A DNA stretch of 64,000 nucleotides from the human T2T-CHM13v2.0 reference genome, Homo sapiens, in NCBI RefSeq assembly GCF_009914755.1, contig NC_060927.1. One strand, written 5' to 3'. Both the position numbers and the translations under genes were made by a program. Positions 1 through 15,020 of the stretch are shown in pieces (position 1 is the first letter of the stretch; the number at the start of each line of letters is the position of its first letter). Under the pieces are notes generated by a model that saw only the letters and a list, made by a program, of their open reading frames with translations, made no database searches and was not told the DNA's origin.

Positions 1-1774
1 GCAATGTTGGGACAGGCATAGAATAGACGTTCCTTTTCCAAAAGGAGGAAATGGGCAAGAAAGGGGTAACTGGTCCACAGAAAATCTAAAACTTAACAGT
101 GAAAACAACATTAAGTCTTAAAGCTGGAGAATAATTTTATTTGACCCTATATCCTGCAACCTGGGCACAACGGGGTTGAGGTTAGGCCTCCCAGTGTCTT
201 GGGCAGCCCCACCCCATGGCTTTGCTGGGCTCAGCCTGTGCTACAGCTCTCTAGTGTTGGAGTCTTGTTCCTGCAGCTCTCCCAGGCTAGTGTTGCAAGC
301 TGGTAGCTCTACAGTTCTGGGGCCTCAGGAGTGGCTCCACTCCCATGGATCCACTCGGAATTGCTCTAGGGGGGACCCTCTTGTAACTCTAACTCCACAT
401 TTCTGTTCATTCAGTATTGCCCTAGTAGGGGCTCTCTGAGATGGTGCTACCCTTGTGACAAGCCTCTGCCTGGCCTCCCAGGTTGTCTGCAATGTGCTTT
501 GAAACATAGGTGGAGAAAGCCATGTCCCTGCAGCTGTTGCATTCTGTGCACCTGCAGAATTAGCACCACGTAAATACCACCAAAGTGTTTACAGCTTGTA
601 CCTTTTGTAGCCATGGATTGAACCTCACCTGGGCCTGCTTGAGTTACAGCCAGGGCAGCTGTGGAGCAGCTTTACAAGGTCAGCCTGAAGTTTCTAAAAA
701 ATCTTTTAGTTCTAATTCTCTTTTAATTATAAATCTCATCTTTAAGTCTTTTCTCTTCTCTTGCACCTTAAGTCTTTTCTACTCCCTCTTGAAGAATGTG
801 GGGAGTACAGACCCAAGGTGGCTCTGGGCAGCAAGCCAATAGAAGGTGCTCTGAAACTATACCCTGAAGACAGTCTGCCCTTCTAGAGCTCTGAGCCTGT
901 GATGGTAGGGGCAGCCTTAAAGATATCTGAAGTGCCTTTGGAGTCATTCTCTCACTGTCTTAATGATCCCTTCTGTATGTACTAATCACCTTAGCAAACA
1001 GTTACTTGCCAAATCCTTGGTTTACTCTCCTGAACACACTTTTTAAATTCTTTACAAGGTCAGCCTGAAGTTTTAAAAAAATATTTTAGTTCTGATTATC
1101 TTTTAATTATAAATCTCATCTTTTAGTCTTTTCTTTCCTCTTGCATCTTACTGTATGCAGTTAAGGGTAGCCACACAGCTCCTTCAATATTTTGCTTAGG
1201 AATTTCTTCCACCAGATATCACAGGTTATTGTTCTTAAATTATGTTTTCCATAAAGCCCTCAGGTTGGACAAAATTCCACCAATTTCTTTGCAACTGTCT
1301 AATAAGAATGGCCTTTGCTCCAGTTTCCAATATCTTGCTCCTCATTTTCACATGAGACCTTATCAGAATGACCTTTCTATCCATACTTCTACCCACTCTC
1401 TTATCACAACCACTTAAGAAGATTACACTGGGCATTGTGGCTCATGCCTGTAATCCCAGCATTTTGGGAGGCCAAGAGGGGAGGGTCACTTAAGGCCAGG
1501 AGTTCAAGACCAGCCTGGTCAATAAAGCGAGACCCTATCTCTATTTTTTTAATGTAAAAAATGAAAAAAAAGATTTAGGCTATCCCTATTTCTGGGGTCT
1601 TCCTCTGAGCCCTCACTAGAATTGTTCTTACTGTTCCATTCACGACACTCTAGGTTTTTTTCTATCCTGCTCCTCTAAATTCTTCCAAGCTCTGTCCATT
1701 ACCCAGTTCCAAAGTCTCTTCTATAGTTTCAAGTATTTGTTTTAGCAACAGTCCCACTCTCAGTACCAATTTTC
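1..1774 (-). mobile_element. MaLR (MST-type) internal sequence, interrupted by an Alu monomer and a local duplication
   Basis: Resembles MST-int (gggacaggcatagaatagac...ttccaaaaggaggaaat); ends in tctcagtaccaattt directly abutting the LTR. Confidence 0.7.
1428..1571 (+). mobile_element. Alu left monomer (FLAM-like)
   Basis: gtggctcatgcctgtaatcccagc...gagttcaagaccagcctg, then an A-rich tail. Confidence 0.8.
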
Positions 1775-2163
1775 CTTCTTAGTCTGTTTTGTGTTGCTGT
1801 AACAGAATACCATAGACAGGGTAATTTATAAAGGAAAGAAATATATTTCTTATAGTTCTGGGGGCTGGGGAGTCCAAGATCAAGGGGCTCACATCTTGTG
1901 AGGGCCTTCATGCTGTGATATTTTCTGGAAGAAGACAGAAGGGCAAGCGAAGATGAGAGTGAGAGACAGAGAGGACCAAACTCACTTCTAGAACAATCCA
2001 CTTTCATGATAACAAACCAACTCTCATGATGGCAACATTAAACTATTCATGAGGGATAACCCCTCATGACTTAATCACCTCTTAATGGTCTCACCTCTTA
2101 ATACCATCATAATGACAACTAAATTTCAAAATGAGTTTTGGAGGAGACATTCAAATCATAGCA
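1775..2163 (-). mobile_element. MaLR 5' LTR (MST/MLT1A-like)
   Basis: cttagtctgttttgtgttgctgtaacagaatacc...acattcaaatcatagca, the reverse complement of a TGCTATG..CTAAG MaLR LTR. Confidence 0.8.
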
Positions 2164-2336
2164 GTGATTCTGCCATTTATGAGTTGTATAGTCCTGAGCA
2201 ACTTCCTATTACAAAACATTTCATCTGCCTGATCCATAGGGAACAGTTAGGAAATATTAGTAAACATTCCTATTGTGGCAATTACAAATAGTTAACTCAC
2301 ATCCTTTGAGATTCCTATCCATTTTACTAAGGTTTT

Positions 2337-3013
2337 GCTGTTGTTGTTTGTTTTGTTTTGTTTTTTGGGTTTTTGTTTTGTTTTGTTTTGTTTTTTGCAA
2401 TTAGGGCCTCGCTCTGTCACCCAGGCTGGAGTGCAGTGGCATTATCATGGCTCACTTACAGCCTCAACCTCCTGAACTCAAGCAGTCCTCCAACTTCAGC
2501 CTCCTGAGTAGCTAGGACTACAGATGTGCACCACCACACCCACTGATATGGTTTGGATCTGTGTCCCCACCCAAATCTCATGTCAAATTGTAATCCCCAA
2601 TGTTGTAGGTGGGGCCTAGAGGGAGGTGATTGGATCATGGGGCAGAGTTCTCATGAATGGTTTAGCACCATCATCCTAGTGATGTTCTCATCATAGAGTT
2701 CTCATGATATCTGGTTGTTTAGAAGTGTGTAGCACCTCCCACCTCTCTCTCTTCTTCCAGCTCCAGCCATGTGAAGACGCCTGCTTCCCCTTTGCCTTCT
2801 GCCATGATTGTAAGTTTCCTGAGGCCTCCCTAGAAGCAAAAGCCACTATGCTTCCTGTAGTGCCTGCAGAACCATGAGCCAATTAAACCTCTTTTATTTA
2901 TAAATTACCCAGTCTCAGGTATTTCTTTATAGCAGTGCGAGAATAGACTAATACACCCAACTAACTTTTCTATTTTCTGTAGAAATGGGGTCACTGTCTT
3001 GCCTATACTAGTC
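2337..3013 (-). mobile_element. AluJ split by an MST LTR
   Basis: Alu sequence runs to 2543 and resumes at 2956 (cccaactaacttttc...). Confidence 0.75.
2544..2955 (+). mobile_element. MSTA-like solo LTR
   Basis: tgatatggtttggatctgtgtcccc...gactaataca; flanks cccac/cccaa (imperfect 5-bp TSD). Confidence 0.85.
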
Positions 3014-3725
3014 ATCTTATTCAAGAAATCTTTAAAATCAGTATCAAGTTGCGTATGTACTAGGATATTGTCGAATATACAAGACACCAAGACACACCTC
3101 TAACAAGTGATTCTATACAATCCTTGGTGCCCATTTTATTTTAAATAGTTGAAATAATCTTCTCCCAACATGTTTTCCCAGAAATTGACCAAACTTTCTG
3201 TCTGCCCCTGAAATCTACTTTTCTTCATACTTGTATTTATCTCTTACAGCCATTTAAACAATTTAACATTTTTATGTTCACTTCAGGTAGAAGTTGAAAA
3301 CTATTTGGGAGAAAATCAAATAATATTACTGACTATAGCACCTCCACTTATCAGATCAAGAGCCCAAACAAGAATAATTTGATTTTATCTATACAATGGA
3401 AGCAATGCCTTAATTGCAAAGAGAAAACACATGTACACACACACACAGTCATTTTGCCAAGCGAATGGAGAAGCATTTTCCTGATTCACTAAGGTCGTCC
3501 TGTGAGCCAATTGGTTAGTTCAACTAAAAGCAAAAGAAACATGTAAGTGCAAACGTGTAAGAGCATCTGTTAAAAAAAACTCAAATTGCTATAAACTCTT
3601 CTTAAATAGCAAATATCAGAATTATATTTTTCAAATGTTCTTAAGTGCTCCAGCATCTCTTAGAAATATTGCACATTCTCAGGTCATAGAATTACAGAAC
3701 TTTAAAAACATAAGTGTATACCAAT

Positions 3726-4120
3726 TGCTATGGTTTGAATGTATTTCCCAAAAGTTCATGTTTTGGAAAACGAATCCCTCTGCCCACGTGAATGGATTAA
3801 TGTCAGCTCTTCCTTGTGAATGGATTAATGAATTAATGAGAGATCGACTCTCATGAATGGATTGATGTCACTATCACAAGAATAGGTTTGTTACTGCAGG
3901 AGTGGCTTTGTTAAAAAAGCAAGGTTTGTGACTCTTTTGCTCTTGCCCTCTCATTATGTGATGTTTTCTGCAGTTACAACACAGCAAGAAAGGCCTCGCC
4001 AGATGACAGTGCCATGCTCTTGGACTTACCAGCATCCAGAACTGTGAGTGAAGCTTCTTTTCTTTATAAATTACCCAGTCTGTGGTATTCTCCTATAGCA
4101 ACAGAAAACAGACAAAGACA
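3726..4120 (+). mobile_element. MaLR solo LTR (MST-like)
   Basis: tgctatggtttgaatgt...aaattacccagtctgtggtattc...aaagaca. Confidence 0.8.
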
Positions 4121-4672
4121 GCAACCCTTTATTTTACAAATCAATGGTGTTCCCAATGGAAATGACTCTTAAAGGCATAAGATACATCTGGTGACTTAGT
4201 CCAGATATTCTGACCCCTGTAATAATGGCAATAACAACTTACAAGTGCATAGCTCTGAACACTTTTCCATATACTGTCTCTCTTTAGCTCAGTCTTTACT
4301 TCTCCTTCTCTCCATCATAAATTAGCTGCCATCATTCTCAAGGTCCTGGCTTTTTCTAGGAGGATCCTGGAAATAAGGATCCTCTCGGAGGATCCTGCAC
4401 AGCTCTTATGTCATAGGATGCACTTCACCCCCCAACCCCATCTACCAACTACTTGATACTGTCATCAACTACAGAGGGGTTTTTGTTTCTTATCCATGTC
4501 CACATTGATAAGATAGTGTGTAAAGAAGCAAAATTCATTGTTACAAAACTCCCACAGATTTAACACTGGCCTTTTCTTGCCCATAGAATTTATCTCCTGG
4601 TCAGTCAGTCTCTACCTGATTTTCAGACACAGTAAGCATTTGCTAAAATAATTAGGACTCAATGCAAACTGA

Positions 4673-5002
<330 letters not shown>

Positions 5003-5154
5003 CTAAAGTTGTAGATCTTCTGAAAGACACCAGAATTCCATGAGCTCCATGGATGTAAATAAAATTAATCCTGAGAAAGAAAGTATCTTATCTTCCTCCT
5101 AGTTTTTCAAAGACAGCCAAAGTCATTGCTAATGAGCGCCTGGCAAAGTTAAAC

Positions 5155-5476
5155 TTTTTTTCTTTTTGAGACAGGGTCACTGTCACCCAGGCTAGAGTGC
5201 AGCATTGTGATCAGAGCTCACTTCAGCCTCTACCTCCTGGACTCAAGCAATCCTTCTGCCTCAGCCTCCCAAAGTGCTGAGATTACAGACATGAGCCACC
5301 ATGCCCATAGCTAAGCTTCTTTTATAAAAAACTTTTGTTTCAATTTTTTAATTGTTTTAGAGACAAGGTCTCACTATATTGCCCAGGTGGGTCTTGAATT
5401 CCTAAGCTCAAGTGATCCTCCTGCCTCAGCCTCCCAAAGTGCTAGCATTATAGGGGTGATCCACTGTGCTGAGCCC
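5155..5476 (-). mobile_element. AluJ/FLAM fragments
   Basis: Two Alu pieces, each ending in cctcccaaagtgct... Confidence 0.75.
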
Positions 5477-5719
5477 CAAACTAAATAAAAGAAATTAGAT
5501 GAAAATCATAAAATAATAGGTAGTTTTAAAAAGAATGATTTAATTAATAAATTGATGCACTGTCTTTTCTATCACACTGTTTAAATGTCAAATATATTTT
5601 GCTCAATCAACTGCTCCAAAACAAAGTCGACGTGATTCACTCTGAGAGTGCATAGTTTCAACTACAACCTAAATTTTGCTCAACACAACATGAAATAAAT
5701 TTATTTTTGTAAGTTTCTT

Positions 5720-6032
5720 ATTTTATTTATTTATATTTAATTTTTTTCATTTTGCTGAGACAGGGTCTCGCTCTATCACCTAGGCTGGAGTGCAGTGACA
5801 CAATCACAGCTCAATATAGCATCTACCTCCCTGGCTCAAACAATCCTCCCGGCTCAGCCTCCCCAGTAGCTGGGACAACAGGTGTGCACCACCACACCTG
5901 GCTAATTTTTGTGTTTTTTGTAGAGACGGGGTTTGGCCATGTTGTCCAGGCTGGTCTTGAACTCAAGTAATCCTTTCACCTCAGTTTCCCAAAGTGCTTG
6001 GCATTACAGGCGTGAACCACCACACCTGGCCT
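5720..6032 (-). mobile_element. AluJ
   Basis: Diverged full-length Alu. Confidence 0.85.
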
Positions 6033-8184
6033 GCTTCTTTTAAAAATCAAGTTTCAATCAAATGTTTACTCATTGTTTTCTGTGAAATTATGGTTCCCTA
6101 TTTAAATGACCTTTTTGCAATGCCATAGATCCTTAGAGAGGGAAGATAGGCATACATCAGCGAAGATTAGAAGACTAGAGGCTCATAAAGTACTTAGAGT
6201 AAAATATTAGGGTGGGTTCTCTCTTGAGTGGTGATGACGCAAGCGGTTATTATTTTCATCTGTGAACTTTGTTAAATTTTTCAAAATTTTCTAAAAAATA
6301 GCAATTCTGCTTTTGAAATATGAAAACATGATTTCATTTTGTATAAAACATTTATTTTGTAAAAGATAGAATCCCTCTTTCCTTCCATCTCATAACTCCC
6401 TGCCCCCACTAATGCCTTGAGACATTGAGGCTGTAGTTCCTCTCTACTAAGACGCTAATTATTCCCACTGTTTTGAAGGGTAGAGCCACCTCTACTGCCT
6501 GTCATCACACTGCAGTTAATCTTCACTACTGCAGTTCAAAATTAAAATAATTTATAGCTTTGAATAATTTTGGCATTATTCCAAGGCTTTTCATGACTCT
6601 CTCTTTTGAGGTGAGGGAGGTGGTATGGGTCACTTATGGCAGGTGGAAAAGTCTTAATTTTTTGGTATGACTTTTCTGGTCTCAGAATATGAAGTTAGCC
6701 CTGAGAAATAGGGTGTTTTACTTTTCTCCCCATAAAAGTTAGTGGGAACTTTTACAATTTCTCTCCTTCATCATGATGGGTATGAGAAATTGTTGGCCTG
6801 AAGCCTTTCTTCTAGCAATAATCCATTGCACCAGTTGTCTGAGGTCGCTCTGATTTATGATAATAAAACCATGATGGCCTCATATGTAAGAAGTCGTAGT
6901 CATTTTGTTCTGCCTTCCGGACAACAATGGCTCATTTCCTTTCTATCTAAAGGACAATTTAATTATTTTTTTCTTTATTTCCTTTATTTGTCTGTTTTTC
7001 CTGTGTATACCCTGCCTCCTTCCACAAAGGAGTAGAATATTTTTTCCCTTCTAATGCTTGACTTACATAGCTGACCACAAAAGACATGTATAGTAAAAGA
7101 GTAAAATAGAAATAGGAATTTAAAACCCAGGGCTGAGAAAATTATTTAAAAATCATAGTGAACTTATAATTAAACTATATATATACTATTTTATGAATAA
7201 ATTTATATCACTCAGTTTATATTATAAATAAATAGTATCAATAATAAGATCAGGACAGGGGAAAGGCCCATAAAGGCACAGGTCTTGAAAAACTGTGTAA
7301 TATAGTTATTATAGCTGAGCCTCAAATTTCACTCTAAGTTGCCTGGCAATAAAAGCTTAAAAGAAAGAAAGAAAGAAACCATCAGCCTAATTTCATTTCC
7401 CTTCTTCAATTCAGTGGGGGACTATATAGTAGATTTACTTGATGAAGCAATCATTGAAATCACAAAAGGCAAAAAAATCTGTGACAAAAAGACAGTTGTT
7501 TCTCTTGATTCTAAATATAACCACTGTTAAGACTGGACAAAATTTTTATCTCTTACCAGATAATGATTTAAATAATCTTGTTTTACTCTCTGTAGATTAT
7601 TTAGATGGCTTATTTCCATTTTGATTTTAAGAGAGTTTTTTCTTTTCTGATACTATCCTAATAGTAGTATCAGGCTAGATAGATTGAGGCTAGAATATGT
7701 TAATTAATTAAAGTCAAAATATTTGACAAATTTTATTACAATCAATATAGTTTAAATAATTTTGAATCATCCTCTACCCATTCCCTCTCAAAGCTGTTTA
7801 GTCTCCTACAATTGCAGAATCTAGAGCTCAAAAAAGGACATTAGAACTTTTTTAGTTCAACCTCCTCATTTAGTAGTTATGGGCACGTTGTCTCAGCGTC
7901 TTGATCTCTGAAAATTTATAAAGTACACATTTCAAATTGTGAAAAACATGACTCTCAGAAAAATATAAAATGAGTACGTATCAATAGTATTCTTCAATTA
8001 ATGAGGGAATCTGTGAGATGTTAAAACCAGTTCAGAGTAGTTGAGAAACTAGACTTATATAGGCAAACAAATTGATTTCAACCTAAGATTTAGAATTGGT
8101 TAACCCTCTAGCAGGGCCAAATATATGACCCTTCGGGTTCTGTTCCTCCAGATAAAAATTATTTGTATCCCTACTGGACAAATG

Positions 8185-9195
<1,011 letters not shown>

Positions 9196-9494
9196 TACCT
9201 ATAAGTTAGTCTCTGCCCCTACAGAATTAAGAAATAGCTTGTAAATAGAAAGTCAAGACTAGCCCTGTACTGTATGTCAACCCAGTATTTCTTTTGCCTA
9301 TTTCCATTTGGGTAATATATCTGGCAATATTTAATTAGCTTTGTAAAATGCCTGGACATGTAAACGCCTTAAGTTATGAAACATAAAGCAGGATATACTT
9401 CTCTGGTAATACTTTGACCAGTACTAGGTGGAGTGTATTTTTCTCCTCTTAACCTCCGAATTGCACTGTCTTGCAATACATAAAACTCAGTGTC

Positions 9495-9795
<301 letters not shown>

Positions 9796-9805
9796 AAAAC
9801 TCAGT

Positions 9806-10074
9806 ATCCCAGCACTTTGGGAGGCCGAGGCAGGTGAATCACGAGGTCAGTAGTTCAAGACCAGCCTGGCCAAGATGGTGAAACCCTGTCTCTACTGAAA
9901 ATACAAAAATTAGACAGTTGTGGTGGCATGTGCCTATAACCCCAGCTACTCGGGAGGCTGAGGCAGAGAACTGCTTGACGTGGGAGGCAGAGGTTGCAGT
10001 GAGCCGAGATAGTGCCACTGCACTCCAGCTTGGGCGACAGGATGAGACTCTGTCTCAAAAAAAAAAAAAAAAAA
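9806..10074 (+). mobile_element. AluS, 5'-truncated
   Basis: Starts at atcccagcactttggg; poly(A) tail. Confidence 0.9.
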
Positions 10075-11210
10075 GTAAAAGATGCATGTTCTGTAATTTG
10101 CCTTTCCTCCAGTAATTGTAAATATTCTTCAAGTCATTCTTCTGTTAAAATTTTAAAAATAATCATGAGTTTATTTGCTTAATAAATCCCGTATTATGTG
10201 GACATTTCTTTGCTGATTTTGCATTGTTCTCCAGCTTACTATTGTGATATTTATTTCAGGAGCTCTTAACCTAGCTTTTCCAATTTCTAGCTATTATCAT
10301 TCACCTGTGCCTAAAGTTGCAGTCTTATTTATCTTTCAGCTAAATAAGAATATGCAAATACAAAAAGAAAACAAGAATATCCCTGACATCTCTTATAGTA
10401 AACCAATGAGCCACCATAGGATTCCAAAGGAATTTCAAGAGGAGCTCCTGGTGACATAGGACAAGTTTTGATCCTGTTTCACTGATGTGACAGAGTGCAA
10501 GCACAGTGAAGCCCAAAGAGAGAATCTGAGGAGGTTGACACTGGCCAGCCCATTTTTAAAAACAAAAGTTTTGCCCCAAATCCAGCAAGCTGAGTAGACA
10601 CACAAACTGCTGCACTGGTGTGAGCTGCATTACTAGGGAAAACCTAACGCTTAAGAAACAGCTTTAAATCAATAATTACAAAGTTGTCTTGCCCTGTGAA
10701 TGGTGAGCCTGTGCTTGCAAATTAGAAGAATAAAACCAAAACTGTTTAAACATCGGGCCTCACAAAATAATCGTAAACTTCTTTCAAAAACATATTGGCA
10801 TAAACCAAGCTGGAGAAATTGGGCCTGTAATTAGACAACACTTCTATTCAAAAATGCCTCTTCTAAGGAAAATTTCAGACAGAGAAAGCTTTCATCCAAA
10901 GCATGGGACATTTCATTATTTCAAAATCTAACCAAGTCCATTTTAAATAAGAGTCATTTAGTGCAAAATGTGCTTACTATGAATGTCTTTAGACTTGGAA
11001 AGCAAAATATAGAATATTTAATAAGCCAGTTCCTACCAGTGTTTAACAAAGAAAGGCATACTGTTCACTGCAATGAATATGCCAATAAAATTTGGAGGAA
11101 GAAAGATTATACAATCATAGTCTTATCATATCATCTTATTTTGTTAGAGAAATCTTCTTCAAGTGTTATAAGCCCCCAAAATTGAATGTTTTAAAGTGGG
11201 TCATACATGG

Positions 11211-12423
11211 TGAGAACTAAAAATAAAATCCTAAGTCCTTCAACTGACTAAACAGACTCCCTCTTGGCGAAGGGAACCCCGGAGAAACCTTAAAAACTGA
11301 GTTCCCAGCCATGACAGCATGGCAGGTCAGACCCCCTCCCTTTTGCACTTTAGATCCAACAACTGACCAACATTAATGTTAAAATAGAGATCATAAGACT
11401 GACAAAACAGTAGCAATAAGATACGAAATTATAAATAAGACCTAAAACCATGCCAAGCAAAGGTTAAACATGCACTCCTATACTTAAAAAATAAACTATG
11501 TTCTAACTGCCACAAGGTTTTTTGTTTGTTTGTTTGTTTGTTTTTCTCTAGCAGCTAAACAAGCACTGGCCTCAAGATCAGCAATATTAAAACACTTGCA
11601 GCTTGGCCAGGTGCGTTGGCTCACACCTGTAATCCCAGCACTTTGGGAGGCCAAGGCGGGCAGATCACTTGAGGTCAGGATTTGAGACCAGCCTGCCCAA
11701 CATGGTGAAACCCCATCTCTACCAAAAAATACAAAAATTAGCTGGGTGTGGTAGCGCATGCCTGTAGTCCCAGTTACTCAGGAGGCTGAGGTGGGAGAAT
11801 GGCTTGAACTCAGGAGGCAGAGGTTGCAGTGAGCAGAGATCACACCACTGTGCTCCAACCTGGGCAACAGAGTAGGACTCTGTCTCAAAAAAAAAAAAAA
11901 TCCACTTGCAGCTCATCCACTGACAGACACTGAAGAACTGATCCTCCTGTTCCAAAAGCCATCACTACAGCTTTGATTGGACAAAAGAGTGATTTCCGTA
12001 ACCTTCTCCTGATAAGACTACCGACCATGGACTGGTTCTGATAAATTTAGAGAGGCTGCACATTTGTGAGCCTTTGAGTCCCTGCTTCATCTTTTGACAT
12101 ACAGGACCTAACTGTAATGCATTTAAATGTTAAGTCCTCCACCCCACAGTGAACATGGGATGCAAGTAACATGTGTGTTTTTTCAGTATGCATGTTTAGG
12201 ACCCCCTTCATGAATATTCATAGCTCCTGCTGTAACCTGTTGAATATGTATGCTTAGCCAACTCTTTCAGCATAAGTTCCTATTCCAATCCCTCCTCCTT
12301 GGAAGTACCTGCTTCCAGCTTCAACCAGAGGCTTACACTTCCTGCCTATAGGTTGTGATCCCCTTCTTAAGATATAAAGCTCTCCTTTTAAAATTTATAC
12401 ACTGTGTGATTTTGAAGTTGACA
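11211..12423 (+). mobile_element. ERV1 MER4-group solo LTR (MER4D-like) with an inserted Alu
   Basis: tgagaactaaaaataaaatcctaag...gaagttgaca, TG..CA ends, flanks atgg/atag. Confidence 0.7.
11605..11900 (+). mobile_element. AluS
   Basis: TSD cacttgcagct at 11593-11603 and 11903-11913. Confidence 0.9.
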
Positions 12424-12538
12424 ATAGGAACAATGCTAGATTTGAAATCGAAAATGCTCTAACTATAAAGTATAGGTTTCAGTTATAAGAGGTGATTACT
12501 TTATGACCAAGTGTTCGTGACTCTAAAATACCTGTCTT

Positions 12539-12926
<388 letters not shown>

Positions 12927-13214
12927 TTATTTATTTTATCAGAAAATCACTATGAATTTTCAGTTCAGAAACATAAAACTTTTATAAATACCATATCAAT
13001 TAAAAGGCATAGTTTTACCACAAATGTCATGTTATACAATTTGTTTATCAAAATAAAAAATGGAAAATAAAATGCTATGTAGAATAGAATAAAATATATC
13101 AATTCCACAAATGAAACACATACTGGTTTCTCATTACGCTTATCTCTGAGCCTCCAGTCAACTAACACACACAAAGAAATACAAGTTGCATAATTCTTAC
13201 TATAACATCAATGC

Positions 13215-13487
13215 AATGGTCTCAGCATTTTGGGAGACTGAGGAGGAGGATTGTTTGAAGCCAGGGGAGTTCAAGACCAGCCTGGGCAACAAAGCAAGAC
13301 CCCGTCTCTACAAAAACAAAAATAAAAAATTAGCTGGGCATGGTTGTACATGTCTATAGTCTCAGCTGCTCAGGGGGCTGAAGTGGAAGGATCACTTGAG
13401 CGCAGGAGTCTGAGGCTACAGTGAGCTATGATTCTGCCACTCTATTCTAGCCTGGGTGACAAAGTGAGACCCTATCTCTAAAAAAAA
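13215..13487 (+). mobile_element. AluJ
   Basis: Diverged Alu with a short 5' truncation. Confidence 0.85.
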
Positions 13488-13879
13488 TGTTTAATTAAAA
13501 AAATTAAAAGAAATATGCTATTTCTGCAGGCAATCTTTTCCTGATACTAAATTCTAAAAGGAGGTGAAATTAACATTTATTTTCTACCTTATGTATGCTG
13601 GAGAATTGTCATACATGATATGATTTAATTCTCTCAGAGTGTATCATATTAATCTATTTTCTATTTCTATGAAATGTAGCTAGGACTGTCTAATTCCAAG
13701 GTTTATGCACTTTCCACATTTCCCAACTGCTTTGCGTACAACACTTTAAACCCTATAATGTATCAAGATACATCTTAAGGACTGTACTAGAAACTCAGAA
13801 TCATTATTTGTATGGCCATTTCTTCTTTTTAACCTCTACAGAAATTGAGGACATATGTTTTTAAAAATGACTTAGTAAG

Positions 13880-15020
13880 TTTTAGTTCTGGGTAAGATGG
13901 AGTAAGCAAAATTCATTCTATTTCACCCACTGAATGTAAGTATAAAACCTAGACAGAATGCGTGGAACAGCTATTTTCAGACTCTGAAAAATAAAGATAG
14001 CAGATGTACTGGAGAAGATTAGAATTTGAAGTATCTTTAAACTGGCAATGACTTTCATATTTTTTCCCTCCAATATCCCCTAACCTGAACTCAAGACAGT
14101 GCCAAACTCAGAAGTACAATCAAAACATGCAGCCAGGTCAATTGTCTGTTCAAACAAAAATATCAGCTTCCTTCATAGGATTTCAAAAAGGCCCTGTGGT
14201 AGTTAGGATTCTTCAGAGAGATAGAAGCGATAGAAAATAGACAGATAGGTACGTAGGTAGGTAGATCGATAGATAGAGACATATATGAGAGGGGATTCAT
14301 TAGGGGAGTTGGCTTATGTGATTATAGAGGCCAAGAAATTCCATGACAGGCCGTCTGCAAGCTGGAGACCCTGGAATGTCAGTAGCATGACTCAGTACAA
14401 ATCTAAAATCTTGAGAACCTGGAGGGCTACTGGTATAAGTCCTGTTGTCCAAAGGCCAAAAAAACTGAATTTCTGATGTCCAAAGAGAAAAAGAGTGTAT
14501 CCCGGTTCTGAGGGAGAGGGAGAGAGAGACCAACCTGCCTTTCCTTTGTTTTTGTTCTAGCTAAGCCCCCGGCCAATTGCATGGTGCCTACCTACTTTGA
14601 GGGTGGATCTTCCCCACTGAGTCCACTCAGATGCACATGCCAATCTCCTTTGGAAACACCCTCACAGACACACCGAAAAATAATGCTTTATCACTTCTCT
14701 AGGTATCCCTTAAACCAGTTAAACTGACACCTAAAATTAACCATCACAGGCTAAGAGCCTTATGATATTCAAAATGTCCAGGCACAACCCAAAATAACAG
14801 CATTGGAAGAATAAGTACAATCTCAACTCGTATGAAAAAAGACGATCAATGGATGCCAACAACAGAATAACACATACGTTAGAATTATCTGACAGTTTTT
14901 AAAGCAGCTATTATAAAAATTCTCTAAGAAGCAAGGGTAAACACTCTTGAAACAAATAGACAGAAATTCTCAGCATAGAAATAGAGAATATAAGGAAGAA
15001 CGAAAGGGACATTTTACAAA
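13880..15020 (+). mobile_element. Ancient L1M 5'/ORF1 fragment split by an MLT2 LTR
   Basis: ttctgggtaagatggagtaa start; A-rich ORF1-like sequence after 14749. Confidence 0.5.
14195..14748 (-). mobile_element. ERVL MLT2-type solo LTR
   Basis: tgtggtagttaggattcttcagagag...ctaaaattaaccatcaca, with an internal (GATA)n-like run. Confidence 0.8.

Noticed and set aside
3788-3870. Three copies of tgaatggattaatg as an array
   Set aside because: Internal micro-duplication within a MaLR LTR; irregular spacing and not CRISPR-like.
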